Shown one piece after another: positions 54,902 to 64,000 of a stretch of DNA of 64,000 nucleotides. The notes under the pieces are model-generated. The model saw only the letters and a program-made list of their open reading frames with translations. It was not told where the DNA came from and did not search any database. The stretch is from assembly GCA_964500205.1 (NCBI GenBank), contig CAZCNS010000004.1:98260-162259 (forward strand), given 5' to 3'. The translations under genes were made by a program, and so were the position numbers. Position 1 is the first letter of the stretch; each line of letters starts with the position of its first letter. Origin of the DNA: an uncultured Chryseobacterium sp. Lineage in GTDB: Bacteria; Bacteroidota; Bacteroidia; UBA10329.

Positions 54902-56515
54902 TTAGTTACCTTCGAGTACGCTCAGCGCCTCAAGCACCGTGCTGTCGGTCTCGTTCATCACGCTGTGGTAGCCGTCACCGTTCCAGACCGAGCGGGCCAC
55001 AAGTGCCCTCACGTTCCTAAGTATTCCGCGTTTGGCGTGGTTCACCTGTTCGGGTGTGGCCTTGATGCCCCGCTCCCTTCCAAGGGTTATCAGGCGTTCG
55101 AGCTCGCTGTCGCTAACTTGGAATTTCTTCTTGAACTCGTCCACACCACTGAATGACCCGAGTTCCTGTTTCCGCTCTGTGGCCAGTTCCAAGGCGAACT
55201 CACGCAACAGTCCGTTGCTTATGAGGCGGTTGTGGAAGGTTGAGTAGTCTGAGGTATCGAGGGGTATGAAGATGTCGGGCACGATACCACCTCCGCCATA
55301 GACCACCTTACCGCTCGGAGTGGTGTAGCGGTCTTCCTCGTTCACCTTAATGCTGTCTGCCTCATAGAGTTCTCCTTGGTCAAGGCGGTGGAAGAAATCA
55401 CCGAAATACTCCTCGTTGTTGTCGTAAGGTTTCTGTATGCAACGTCCTGTGGGGGTGTAGTACCGGGCAATGGTGAGTCGCACTGCCGACCCATCGGGCA
55501 GTTCGGCCTGCTCTTGCACCAGTCCTTTGCCAAAGGATCTGCGGCCAATGACCGTGCCCCGGTCGTTGTCCTGAATGGCTCCTGCTACTATCTCGCTGGC
55601 AGAGGCCGACCCTTCGTCTATCAGCACCACCACTTCCACATCTTGCAGGTCGCCCTTGGAGGTGGCAAAACTCTCTTGTCGGGCACGTGCTTTGCCTTCG
55701 GTGTAAACGATCAGTTTCCCTTTGGTCAGGAACTCATCGCTGATGGCGATGGCCGCATTGAGATAGCCGCCCGGATTGCCCCGTAGGTCGAGGATGAGGC
55801 TCTTCATACCCTGTTTTTTCAGGGAAAGTATTTTCTCACGGAACTCATCATGGGTTGTGGCGGCAAAACGGCTAACCTTCACGTAGCCGATACCGGGTCG
55901 CATCATCAGGCCAGCGTCAACACTGTAAATGGGAATCTTGTCGCGGGTGATGGTGAAATCGAGCAGTTCGCGCTGCCCCCTGCGGGAAATGCCCACGCGT
56001 ACCTTGGTGCCGCGCAGCCCTCGTAGTTTGCTGATCACGTCCTCGTTGCGGATGCCGATGCCTGCCACGGTGGTATCTTCGATGGTTACGATGCGGTCGC
56101 CTGCCATGATGCCGAGCTTTTCGGACGGCCCACCTGAAATAGGTGCAACCACCACGATTGTGTCTCGGATGATGTTGAACTCTACCCCGATACCATCGAA
56201 ATTACCTTGAAGTGGCTGGTTCATGGCCTCGAGGTCCTGTGCTGGGATGTAGCCTGAATGTGGGTCGAGCTGGTTCAGCAGGCTGATGATGGCGTCCTCC
56301 GTGAGGCCGTCCATATCGATGCTGTCCACGTATTGCTCGGCCACGTAGTTAAGCAGGTTGGTGATCTTGCGGGCATTGTCATTGGCCCCACCTACATTGA
56401 TGGTATAGCTGGGAGCAGCAGGTTGCAGGTAGGCTCCGAGCCAGATACCGCCTGCGAGAATCATTGCGAAGACGATAGGCAGATAGATGAAAGGTCTCAA
56501 TCGTCCGTTACTCAT
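54902..56515 (-). CDS. ctpA: Carboxyl-terminal processing protease (S41, CtpA/Prc-like)
   Basis: PDZ domain plus the S41 catalytic region (GSASASEIVAGA ... K). Confidence 0.85.
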   Translation of the reverse strand: MSNGRLRPFIYLPIVFAMILAGGIWLGAYLQPAAPSYTINVGGANDNARKITNLLNYVAEQYVDSIDMDGLTEDAIISLLNQLDPHSGYIPAQDLEAMNQPLQGNFDGIGVEFNIIRDTIVVVAPISGGPSEKLGIMAGDRIVTIEDTTVAGIGIRNEDVISKLRGLRGTKVRVGISRRGQRELLDFTITRDKIPIYSVDAGLMMRPGIGYVKVSRFAATTHDEFREKILSLKKQGMKSLILDLRGNPGGYLNAAIAISDEFLTKGKLIVYTEGKARARQESFATSKGDLQDVEVVVLIDEGSASASEIVAGAIQDNDRGTVIGRRSFGKGLVQEQAELPDGSAVRLTIARYYTPTGRCIQKPYDNNEEYFGDFFHRLDQGELYEADSIKVNEEDRYTTPSGKVVYGGGGIVPDIFIPLDTSDYSTFHNRLISNGLLREFALELATERKQELGSFSGVDEFKKKFQVSDSELERLITLGRERGIKATPEQVNHAKRGILRNVRALVARSVWNGDGYHSVMNETDSTVLEALSVLEGN

Positions 56516-56972
56516 TGCCCACTTTCACATCTGCTATCTGTACCACTTCCACCCCGGCCTTTTCAAGGAAATCGATTCCAGAGCAATCCTTGTATCCATT
56601 GATGTAAACCAGCCTCCTGATGCCCGCCTGATGGACAAGCTTGCTACAGTCCTTGCATGGCGACATGGTGAGATACAACGTGGAATCCTTGGCACTGTTC
56701 ATCGACCGGGCCACTTTCATGATGGCGTTGGCCTCTGCATGCAGGACATACCAATGGGTATTGCCATCGCAGTCCTCGCAGGTGTTGTCGAATCCGGATG
56801 GCGTGCCATTGTAGCCATCTGCGATGATCTGTCCGTCCTTCACGATGAGTGCGCCCACCTGCCTCCGTCTGCAATGCGATAGCTTGGCCCACTCCAAGGC
56901 CATGCGCAGGTATGCACGGTCGTAGCGTTCCTGTTTCTGGGGGTCGTCATATTTGATGAACACATTCTCCAT
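56508..56972 (-). CDS. dCMP deaminase (ComEB-type)
   Basis: Zinc-binding HAEANAI and PCKDC motifs. Start overlaps the ctpA stop. Confidence 0.85.
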   Translation of the reverse strand: MENVFIKYDDPQKQERYDRAYLRMALEWAKLSHCRRRQVGALIVKDGQIIADGYNGTPSGFDNTCEDCDGNTHWYVLHAEANAIMKVARSMNSAKDSTLYLTMSPCKDCSKLVHQAGIRRLVYINGYKDCSGIDFLEKAGVEVVQIADVKVGNE

Positions 56973-57107
56973 GTGGCCGCGAAGCTACGGGAAGAAGTGA
57001 GTAGAGGTGGCGCAGGGTGTGGTGAACAGAAACTTGCTTTTCACTTGATGCATGATTTTTTTACCCAAGACTTCAATACATAAGAAACTAATGTATATGT
57101 TTGCAGC

Positions 57108-57461
57108 ATGTATTCGCAAGAGCTCTTGAAGGGAACCCTCCAGATCATCGTCCTCAGCCTGCTGGCCGAGAAGGAGAAGATGTACGGCTATGAGATCACC
57201 CAACACGTCAAGGAACGTACAGAGGGGAAGATCCAACTGACCGAGGGGGCGCTGTATCCCACCCTGCACAAACTGGAGGCCGAGGGGCTGCTCACCACCG
57301 AGAAGGTGAGCATCGGAAAGCGGGTGCGCAAGTACTACCGCCTCACCGAGCGTGGCAACGTGCAGGCCAACGACCGCGTGGAGGAGTTCCGTAGTTTCTC
57401 GCAGACCATGAATGCATTGCTCAATCCCTTTATCCCACAACCCCAACTGTCATGGAGCTGA
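57108..57461 (+). CDS. PadR-family transcriptional regulator
   Basis: The sequence LKGTLQIIVLSLLAEKEKMYGYEITQHVKERTEGKIQLTEGALYPTLHKLEAEGLL is a canonical PadR wHTH. Confidence 0.85.
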   Translation: MYSQELLKGTLQIIVLSLLAEKEKMYGYEITQHVKERTEGKIQLTEGALYPTLHKLEAEGLLTTEKVSIGKRVRKYYRLTERGNVQANDRVEEFRSFSQTMNALLNPFIPQPQLSWS

Positions 57462-58714
57462 ATGAAACGCAGATAGAACTTATCAGTGCCTACATCCAAC
57501 AGAACGGGGTGGCACAGGCCGAGCTGCACGATGACCTGCTTGACCACATCTGCACGGCAATAGAAAACAGAATTCAACAAGGCGACTCGTTTGAGGACGC
57601 TTTTCTACATACAGTCAGGCTCTTTGGTCCGGGGGGCTTGATGCAGGTTCAGCAGGACACCTTTCAATTACTAACCGAAATAAATGCAACCATGAAAAAG
57701 GTAACATTCACTTTCGGGCTGACTTCAACATTTCTTCTCTTGGCGGGGACGATCTTCAAACTCATGCATTGGCCTGGTGCCAGCATCATGATAGTTCTGG
57801 GCTCAGGACTGTTGGTGCTGGCCTACCTACCGCTCATTCTGCACTATAAGCTGAAAGAATCGCCCAGCAGCGAATATGTCATGCACATAGCAGGCTGGGT
57901 GGGCCTCTCGTTCACGGTGCTTGGAGTGCTTTTCAAGGTGATGCACTGGCCCGGTGCAGGGATCATATTGCTGGGAGGCATATCGGTGATGGCCTTTCTT
58001 TATGTCCCCATCTACTTCTACAAGCAATACCGCACCTCAGTGAACAGACCCATCACGCTGTCCACATCTCTGGTGGCAATGACCTGCCTGATTCTTGTGT
58101 TCGCACTTTCGCGAATTAACCCCAGTATCAACTATGAGATGGGTTCAACGATGATTGATGATGAGTTGCGCCAATCTGCGTCTGCTGCTTCATCCAACCA
58201 ACTGCTCTATGCCGACCTCGTTGGCAACACTTCAGCACAGACGCTGCAAGCGCGAACCAATGCGGTTTTCGGTTACATAGATGACCTGAAGGCGACCGTG
58301 GTCATGGAAGCGGAAGGTGTGAGTGAGACTGAGGCCCGCACGATGCCGATGTCGCAGATGCGGAACAAGGCCAATTTCGATGCGACCACCCGTTTGATGT
58401 TCATGGTAGAAAAGCCGGACCGCTATCATCACACAGAATTGGTAAAAGAACTGGAAGGGCTGCGCAAAACGCTGCTTGCCACCTATCCTCCCCACTTGTA
58501 TGACCGGATGGCAGCCACTTTCCCGTACGACCTTGGCAGGTCGTACGAGAAGCACGGGGAACAACTGGACTGGGCGCACTACCACTTTTACCACGTGCCG
58601 CTGGTGGGTGTGGTATCGTACCTCTCCAAACTTCAGAACGACATCAGACAGGCCGAGAATCAGGCACTTGTCTACCTGCTAAGTCAGCCCGAGGTCTCAA
58701 ACCCGCCAAGTTGA
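57452..58714 (+). CDS. PadR-associated membrane protein, hypothetical
   Basis: Overlaps the padR stop by 10 bp. Central four-TM region with a duplicated KLMHWPGA / KVMHWPGAG motif. Confidence 0.5.
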   Translation: MELNETQIELISAYIQQNGVAQAELHDDLLDHICTAIENRIQQGDSFEDAFLHTVRLFGPGGLMQVQQDTFQLLTEINATMKKVTFTFGLTSTFLLLAGTIFKLMHWPGASIMIVLGSGLLVLAYLPLILHYKLKESPSSEYVMHIAGWVGLSFTVLGVLFKVMHWPGAGIILLGGISVMAFLYVPIYFYKQYRTSVNRPITLSTSLVAMTCLILVFALSRINPSINYEMGSTMIDDELRQSASAASSNQLLYADLVGNTSAQTLQARTNAVFGYIDDLKATVVMEAEGVSETEARTMPMSQMRNKANFDATTRLMFMVEKPDRYHHTELVKELEGLRKTLLATYPPHLYDRMAATFPYDLGRSYEKHGEQLDWAHYHFYHVPLVGVVSYLSKLQNDIRQAENQALVYLLSQPEVSNPPS

Positions 58715-58807
58715 GACCAAGGCAAGACCCCTGTCAGCCTAAGGCGGCAGGGGTCAAAAATTACAAGGAAGCCCTGACCTCCAAAACGGTGGTCAGGGCT
58801 TCTGATG

Positions 58808-58889
58808 TACCGAAGGCCGGGATCGAACCGGCACGCCTTGCGGCACACGAGTTTGAGTCGTGCGCGTCTACCAATTCCGCCACTTCGGC
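58808..58889 (-). tRNA. tRNA-Leu (anticodon CAA)
   Basis: Folded by hand. Acceptor stem GCCGAAG/CTTCGGT (G1-U72), D-loop AATTGGTAGA, anticodon loop CT-CAA-AC, long variable arm and T-loop GGTTCGATCC. Length 82 nt. CCA is not encoded. Confidence 0.8.
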
Positions 58890-58900
58890 AAAGCGGGCCG

Positions 58901-58908
58901 CAAATATA
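58901..58908 (-). promoter_or_regulatory. Bacteroidetes -7 element TATATTTG about 12 bp upstream of the tRNA-Leu 5' end
   Basis: Reverse complement of caaatata. Matches the TAnnTTTG consensus. Confidence 0.4.
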
Positions 58909-59048
58909 AAGGCAGAGGAGCCATGATCGGCTTTTTCATTAGCCAACCATCAGCAAAAATGCCCGTCTGAAACCTGTGTGCATGCACGGACAGAGGCGCA
59001 CCCGCATTTTGCGTAAAATTGTGACCCTCGAAACGGCCTTTTCATCCT

Positions 59049-62000
59049 ATGTCCCGTCTGATCTCCCTCGTAGCCATCTTGCTGACCGTGCTTTCGGCAT
59101 GGGGGCAGGAGTGCGGTTACATTTATGTCACCCCGAATGGTGCTTCCGGAGCAGGCGCAGGTACGCGCTCTAATCCGGCATCTTTTGCCCACGCCATGAC
59201 GATGGCCGCCAGTGGTGGACATCTGCGTATCGCCCACGGGACCTATCCTTTGGACAACACGGTGGACATCCCTTCCGGCATCACCATGGAAGGAGGATTC
59301 ATTGCAGGCTCGTGGCGCAAAAGCAATGTGGACTCCACGCGTTTCATCCGCAGCTCGGCCAATTATGATGAGCAGAACAAGGCGTTGATCGGATTCCGTG
59401 CATTAGGGCAGTCAGATTTCCGAGTGCAGGACATTGTATTGAGGGTGGGAGACGCTCCGGACAGCGGGGTATCGGTTTACGGCATGTATTTTTCTGGATG
59501 CTCGGAATATGTGGTCTCGCGTTGCCTTGTTTTGACTGGAAACGGCTCGGATGGTATCGATGGGGAGGAAGGCGAGCCCGGAATGGACGGGGCAGCAGGT
59601 GAGGACGGTGAAACGGGCATAGACGAGGGAAATTGCTGCCGAACGGGCGGAAATGGTGCGGGAGGTTCTTTTCTCGGAAGCAATGGCGGAGGCCGAGGTG
59701 GTGATGGTGGCGAGTGGGGCGGATTTGAGGTCCAAGAGGTGTGCGTGCCTATCATCAACCTCTGCCAATGGATCATCACTCCCGGAAGTGAATTCACCAA
59801 TCCCGGCAGCAATGGACTTCCAGGTCAGGGTTCTGGAGCCGGAATGGGCGGTCAGCGGGGAGTGGGCGTTTGCGAGATCACTTATGCGGTGCAGACCTGC
59901 CCAGCGCAGCCGATCAACTACGGAAAGCCCGGCACGCCCGGCTTCGAGGGAATTGACGGAGGGCCGGGCCCACAGGGTTTTGCCAGCATCGTGGGAGGCT
60001 TCTACACTCCCGGTATAGGTGGACAGGGAGACCCTGGACAGACACATGGTTCCGGTGGTGGCGGAGGCGGAGGCGGTGGTGGCAAGGGCTGCGAGCCTGC
60101 TGCGCTGCAGCCCTACATCCCCACCAATGGTCCTGCTCCCTATGCTGGCGACACGGTTTACAACACTGCCGGATCCGGTGGCGGTGGAGGAGGTGGTGGC
60201 GAAGGCGGACAGTTCGGACTTGGTGGTCTCGGAGGCCACGGTGGTGGTGGCTCTTTCTGCATTTTTGTTCATGATAATGGTGATAATGGCATTGTTCAGG
60301 ACTGCCGTCTCACGCCCGGTCTCGGTGGCGCAGGCGGGCAAGGAGGTGCCGGTGGTGCAGGTGGACAGGGAGGTGCCGGGGGTCTTGGCGGTTTCCTTGG
60401 GGACAATGGTCCCGTGAACAGTTGCAACATCGGCAAAGGAGGTGATGGCGGACAAGGTGGCCCCGGAGGCAACGGTGGCCCCGGTGGCAAAGGCTCTGAT
60501 GGCATCAGGCGCGGTCTCTATCAGGTGGAGGGTCAACCCGTGCTCGACCCGAACATTTATAACCCATGGGAACCCAAGATCACGGTCGAGTATTTCGGTT
60601 GTACCAACTCGGACGTGGCAGTTTCGACAGATGCCACGGGAAACCTCACTTGGATATTCGGTTTCGGGGCTACACCTCAGAACAGCACCTCGGCAAGCGA
60701 CACCGTGCAGTACAGCGGTCAGCTCGGCTCGCGCAACCTGACGCTCATTGTTGACGGTGTGCCCTATTTCTACGCCAACTATCTGATTGTGGGCACCGAC
60801 TTCGATCCTCCGGTGATCAGCGCCACCCGCAATACCATCTGCGCTGGCGAGAGCACGGATCTCTCCACCACGTTTGACGGACTGTCCTATGATTGGGTGA
60901 TACCTGGTGGTTCCATTACCTCATCCACGCAGCAAAACCCGGGGCAGGTCAGTTTCGCACAGCCGGGTGAGTATGTTGTGCAGCTCACAGTGACCAGCTG
61001 CTGTGGCACATCGCGTACCACCGATACCATTTATGTTCTGGATCAAGTGGAGGTCGATCTGGGCGAGGATCTCCGTGCTTGTTTCCTCGGGGGGGCACCC
61101 GTGTTGAACGCGGGAGGTAATCCCGGGGCCACGTACGCATGGACGCTGAACGGAAACTCCTACGGAGGAACTGCCCGCACGCAGTCCACGCTGATCACGG
61201 GGACCTACGGTGTCACGATGAGCTATGGTCCCGGTTGCTCAGGCACAGACGATGTTTTCGTGGAGATCTACACCATCACCCCCGTAGACCTCGGCCCCGA
61301 CCAGGCCATTTGCCCCAACAGTCCGCTGCCAGTGCTTAATGCCGGGGTTGAAGAGGCCAGTTACAACTGGACTTTAAATGGGAACCCCATCGGTACCGAT
61401 TTCCCAGAACTGGAGGTGAGCCTGCCCGGGGTTTATGCCGTCAATGTGACCGAAAGCTCAGGCTGCTCTGGTAACGACCAGCTCAATGTACTGGTGAGCG
61501 AGCCCGCTGTGTTCCTCGGTGCAGACATAAGCGTGTGCGCCAATGCTGCTTTTCCAGTGCTTGATGCCAGCAATTCCGGAGCTTCGTTCCAATGGTTTCG
61601 TGATGGGCAGGAGATAACAGGAGCGACCCAGCAGACCTACCAGCCTACGCAAGGGGGCACGTTCACGGTGGTGATGACCAATATCTACGGCTGTCAGGCC
61701 ACGGACGACCTTGTAGTTTCCACTTTCCCGACCCTCAACGCTGGCTTCAATGCACCGCTCAATGCCGAACTGGGTCAGCCGGTGCAGTTCGTGGACGTGA
61801 CCACCCCTGCACCCACAGGCTGGGCATGGAATTTCGGTGATGGTTCGGCTGTTGTCAATGCGCAGAACCCAACTCACACGTTCCAAGCGGTTGGGGAGAG
61901 GCCTGTGTTCATGATCGCCAGCAACAGCATCTGTTCCGACACTGCCTATGCGGTCGTGGACGTCCTTTACAACTGCGCAACGCTCGGACTCACCGCTGAC

Positions 62001-62510
62001 TTCTCCATGACCCCCGACCCGGTCACACTTTCTGCTGCGGGTACGGTCACCACCACCAACCTCAGCACCAACGCCACTCAGTTTCTGTGGACCTTCGGTG
62101 ACGGATTGCCAGCTAATCCCAATGTGAGCCCGATTCATGCCTACACCGAGGTGGGTACTTATGAGGTGACGCTCACGGCCATCAATTACAACTGTACCAC
62201 CAGCACCTCGCAGAGTATCAATGTGGTGGAGTTCGGTGTCGGTATCGATGAGGTGGCATTGGATGGTAGTCTTTTGGTTTACCCCAATCCCAACAACGGA
62301 CAGTTCAACGTCACGCTCGACCTTGAGTCGGCCTCGCATGTGACCGTGGAGCTCACCAATGCCCTCGGTCAGCGGGTATTTGCCGAAGACCTGGGCACCC
62401 GCAGGTTCTGGCAGCGCGATTTCGACCTCGCATCCTTTGTGAGCGGGGTGTATGTACTGCGCGTCACCACAGGAAGTGGCGTCATCGTCAGGCGCATCGT
62501 GGTGGGCTGA
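59049..62510 (+). CDS. Large T9SS cargo protein with beta-helix-like N-terminus, collagen-like/poly-Gly region, PKD-like repeats and type-A C-terminal sorting domain
   Basis: Signal peptide present. G-x-y triplets (GEPGMDGAAGEDGETG, GKPGTPGFEGIDGGPGPQG) and Gly runs. Several W-x-FGDG PKD-like modules. C-terminal LLVYPNPNNGQFNV...GVYVLRVTTGSG CTD. Confidence 0.75.
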   Translation: MSRLISLVAILLTVLSAWGQECGYIYVTPNGASGAGAGTRSNPASFAHAMTMAASGGHLRIAHGTYPLDNTVDIPSGITMEGGFIAGSWRKSNVDSTRFIRSSANYDEQNKALIGFRALGQSDFRVQDIVLRVGDAPDSGVSVYGMYFSGCSEYVVSRCLVLTGNGSDGIDGEEGEPGMDGAAGEDGETGIDEGNCCRTGGNGAGGSFLGSNGGGRGGDGGEWGGFEVQEVCVPIINLCQWIITPGSEFTNPGSNGLPGQGSGAGMGGQRGVGVCEITYAVQTCPAQPINYGKPGTPGFEGIDGGPGPQGFASIVGGFYTPGIGGQGDPGQTHGSGGGGGGGGGGKGCEPAALQPYIPTNGPAPYAGDTVYNTAGSGGGGGGGGEGGQFGLGGLGGHGGGGSFCIFVHDNGDNGIVQDCRLTPGLGGAGGQGGAGGAGGQGGAGGLGGFLGDNGPVNSCNIGKGGDGGQGGPGGNGGPGGKGSDGIRRGLYQVEGQPVLDPNIYNPWEPKITVEYFGCTNSDVAVSTDATGNLTWIFGFGATPQNSTSASDTVQYSGQLGSRNLTLIVDGVPYFYANYLIVGTDFDPPVISATRNTICAGESTDLSTTFDGLSYDWVIPGGSITSSTQQNPGQVSFAQPGEYVVQLTVTSCCGTSRTTDTIYVLDQVEVDLGEDLRACFLGGAPVLNAGGNPGATYAWTLNGNSYGGTARTQSTLITGTYGVTMSYGPGCSGTDDVFVEIYTITPVDLGPDQAICPNSPLPVLNAGVEEASYNWTLNGNPIGTDFPELEVSLPGVYAVNVTESSGCSGNDQLNVLVSEPAVFLGADISVCANAAFPVLDASNSGASFQWFRDGQEITGATQQTYQPTQGGTFTVVMTNIYGCQATDDLVVSTFPTLNAGFNAPLNAELGQPVQFVDVTTPAPTGWAWNFGDGSAVVNAQNPTHTFQAVGERPVFMIASNSICSDTAYAVVDVLYNCATLGLTADFSMTPDPVTLSAAGTVTTTNLSTNATQFLWTFGDGLPANPNVSPIHAYTEVGTYEVTLTAINYNCTTSTSQSINVVEFGVGIDEVALDGSLLVYPNPNNGQFNVTLDLESASHVTVELTNALGQRVFAEDLGTRRFWQRDFDLASFVSGVYVLRVTTGSGVIVRRIVVG

Positions 62511-62616
62511 TCCCCACTTGCCCAGACCGGTTCATCAAGACCGTCAGACTGTCCGGATTCTATATTTGCCACAAGGGCATTCTGAGCATGGAATGTTCCG
62601 ACAAAACAATTTTGCC

Positions 62617-64000
62617 ATGACAGAAGTTTCCGAAGCCGCAGCTCCGTCCATCACCAAGGACGAGTTTACCAGAGAGGTGCTCCACGATTTTCGCATCGCC
62701 AACGAGAGCCGCCAGGCCAGCCTCTTGGGGCGCAAGGAAGTGCTCACCGGAAAGGCCAAGTTCGGCATTTTTGGAGACGGCAAGGAGGTGGCGCAGATCG
62801 CCATGGCGAAGGCGTTCCGAAACGGTGACTGGCGTTCGGGTTACTATCGTGACCAGACCTTCATGATGGCATCTGGGCTGCTCACCGTGCAGGAATTCTT
62901 CGCACAGCTCTATGCCCACCCCGACCTCGCTGCCGACCCATCGAGCGCGGGCCGCAGCATGAACGGACATTTCAGCACGCGCAGCATCAACGCGGACGGT
63001 TCGTGGAAAAACCTCGTGGAGCAGAAGAACAGCGCTGCCGACCTCTCACCTACCGCAGGGCAGGTGCCGCGTTTGCTGGGGCTGGCACAGGCCAGCAAGT
63101 TCTTCCGTGAGAATGAGACTTTGCACGGCATGACGCAGTTCTCCCGCAAGGGCGATGAGGTGGCGTTCGGCACCATTGGCGATGCCAGCACCAGCGAGGG
63201 CCATTTCTGGGAAACACTGAATGCCGCGAGTGTGCTGCAAGTACCGCTGGTGCTTTCTGTTTGGGACGATGGCTACGGCATTTCCGTGCCCAAGAAATTC
63301 CAGACGGTGAAGGAGAGCATCAGCGAGGCGCTGAAAGGATTTCAGGCCGAGGAAGGCAAGCCCGGGCTGCACATCTTCAAGACCAAAGGATGGGATTACG
63401 CCCATCTCGTGCAAACCTATGCCAAGGCCGCTGCAATGAGCCGCGAGAAGCATGTGCCCTGCCTCATCCACGTGGAAGAGGTTACGCAGCCACAGGGTCA
63501 CAGCACCAGCGGATCGCACGAGCGCTACAAGAACTCGGAACGATTGGAGTGGGAGGCAGAGTTCGACTGCATCCGCCAGATGCGACTTTTCATCGTGGAG
63601 AAAGGCATCGCCACCGAAGAGGAGTGCGATGGTATTGAGAATGAGGCGAAGAAGAACGTCCGCGAGCAACAGAAGGCGGCCTGGGCGGCTTTCGTGGGCA
63701 GCATCAAGGCCGAGATAGCCGAGTTGCAGACCTTATTGAACAACCTGGGCGCGGCCACGGGCACCGAGGCCATGAACGCCCTTTCCAACGGGCTGGACAA
63801 GGCCATCGACCCGCTGCGCAAGGAACTGATGGAGACCGCCCGCGAGGCATTGTTGCTGGTGGCCGGTAACACTTCCGAGGAAGCGGTGGAATTGCGGGAA
63901 TGGCTCCGCAGGATGGAGAAGTTGAACCACGACCGCTTCAATTCGCACCTCTACAGCGAGGGGCCGAACAGCGGCATGAACATCGCGCCCGTTGCCCCGC
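62617..64000 (+). CDS. 2-oxoacid dehydrogenase E1 component (TPP-dependent, alpha/beta-fused type), N-terminal part; ORF runs off the 3' window edge
   Basis: Translated by hand. TPP-binding region GDASTSEGHFWE and an E1-alpha-like fold. No stop codon before the window end. Confidence 0.65.
   Translation, partial: MTEVSEAAAPSITKDEFTREVLHDFRIANESRQASLLGRKEVLTGKAKFGIFGDGKEVAQIAMAKAFRNGDWRSGYYRDQTFMMASGLLTVQEFFAQLYAHPDLAADPSSAGRSMNGHFSTRSINADGSWKNLVEQKNSAADLSPTAGQVPRLLGLAQASKFFRENETLHGMTQFSRKGDEVAFGTIGDASTSEGHFWETLNAASVLQVPLVLSVWDDGYGISVPKKFQTVKESISEALKGFQAEEGKPGLHIFKTKGWDYAHLVQTYAKAAAMSREKHVPCLIHVEEVTQPQGHSTSGSHERYKNSERLEWEAEFDCIRQMRLFIVEKGIATEEECDGIENEAKKNVREQQKAAWAAFVGSIKAEIAELQTLLNNLGAATGTEAMNALSNGLDKAIDPLRKELMETAREALLLVAGNTSEEAVELREWLRRMEKLNHDRFNSHLYSEGPNSGMNIAPVAP

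Noticed and set aside
58761-58946. 61-aa ORF
   Set aside because: Overlaps the tRNA-Leu gene on the same strand, so the tRNA explains the sequence.
59412-60536. 374-aa minus-strand ORF
   Set aside because: Antisense to the collagen-like T9SS cargo gene. The translation is low-complexity Ser/Thr/Ala.

Overview
The window reads as a high-GC (~60%) Bacteroidota chromosome segment with mostly housekeeping and envelope functions. Identified genes include a DASS symporter, an S15 peptidase, an ECF sigma/anti-sigma pair, asd, a GH1 beta-glucosidase, comM/yifB, a System-I cytochrome c maturation cluster (ccmBCDEF), a Lol-like ABC exporter with a LolA-like protein, CtpA, dCMP deaminase, PadR, one tRNA-Leu(CAA), and the start of a 2-oxoacid dehydrogenase E1 gene. 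At least five type IX secretion (T9SS) cargo proteins are present: two M43 metzincins, an EEP/sphingomyelinase-like enzyme, a lamin-tail-domain protein and a collagen-like PKD protein. Several short low-GC accessory islets interrupt the backbone and carry defence- or addiction-type cargo: a solitary HNH_2 endonuclease; a ParE-like toxin with a small antitoxin; a PIN toxin with a small antitoxin; two DUF4143 AAA ATPases; an FRG domain fused to a HEPN-like Rx4H C-terminus; a DUF3592 protein beside a Fic C-terminal remnant; and a four-helix-bundle protein. The strongest novel observation is that the 3' ends of comM and ccmF are each duplicated as imperfect, coding-preserving direct repeats bounding integrase-less cargo islets (three att-like core copies at comM). 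Other unexplained structure includes a 42-bp tandem array, a dispersed GGGGACGAG-type G-rich 3'-UTR repeat family with hairpin/7-mer modules, a perfect 39-bp inverted repeat pair flanking a hydrolase gene, GCTTGCAGC-type intergenic repeats in the lol region, and palindromic operators upstream of the DUF4143 genes. No CRISPR array, integrase, transposase or rRNA was found.
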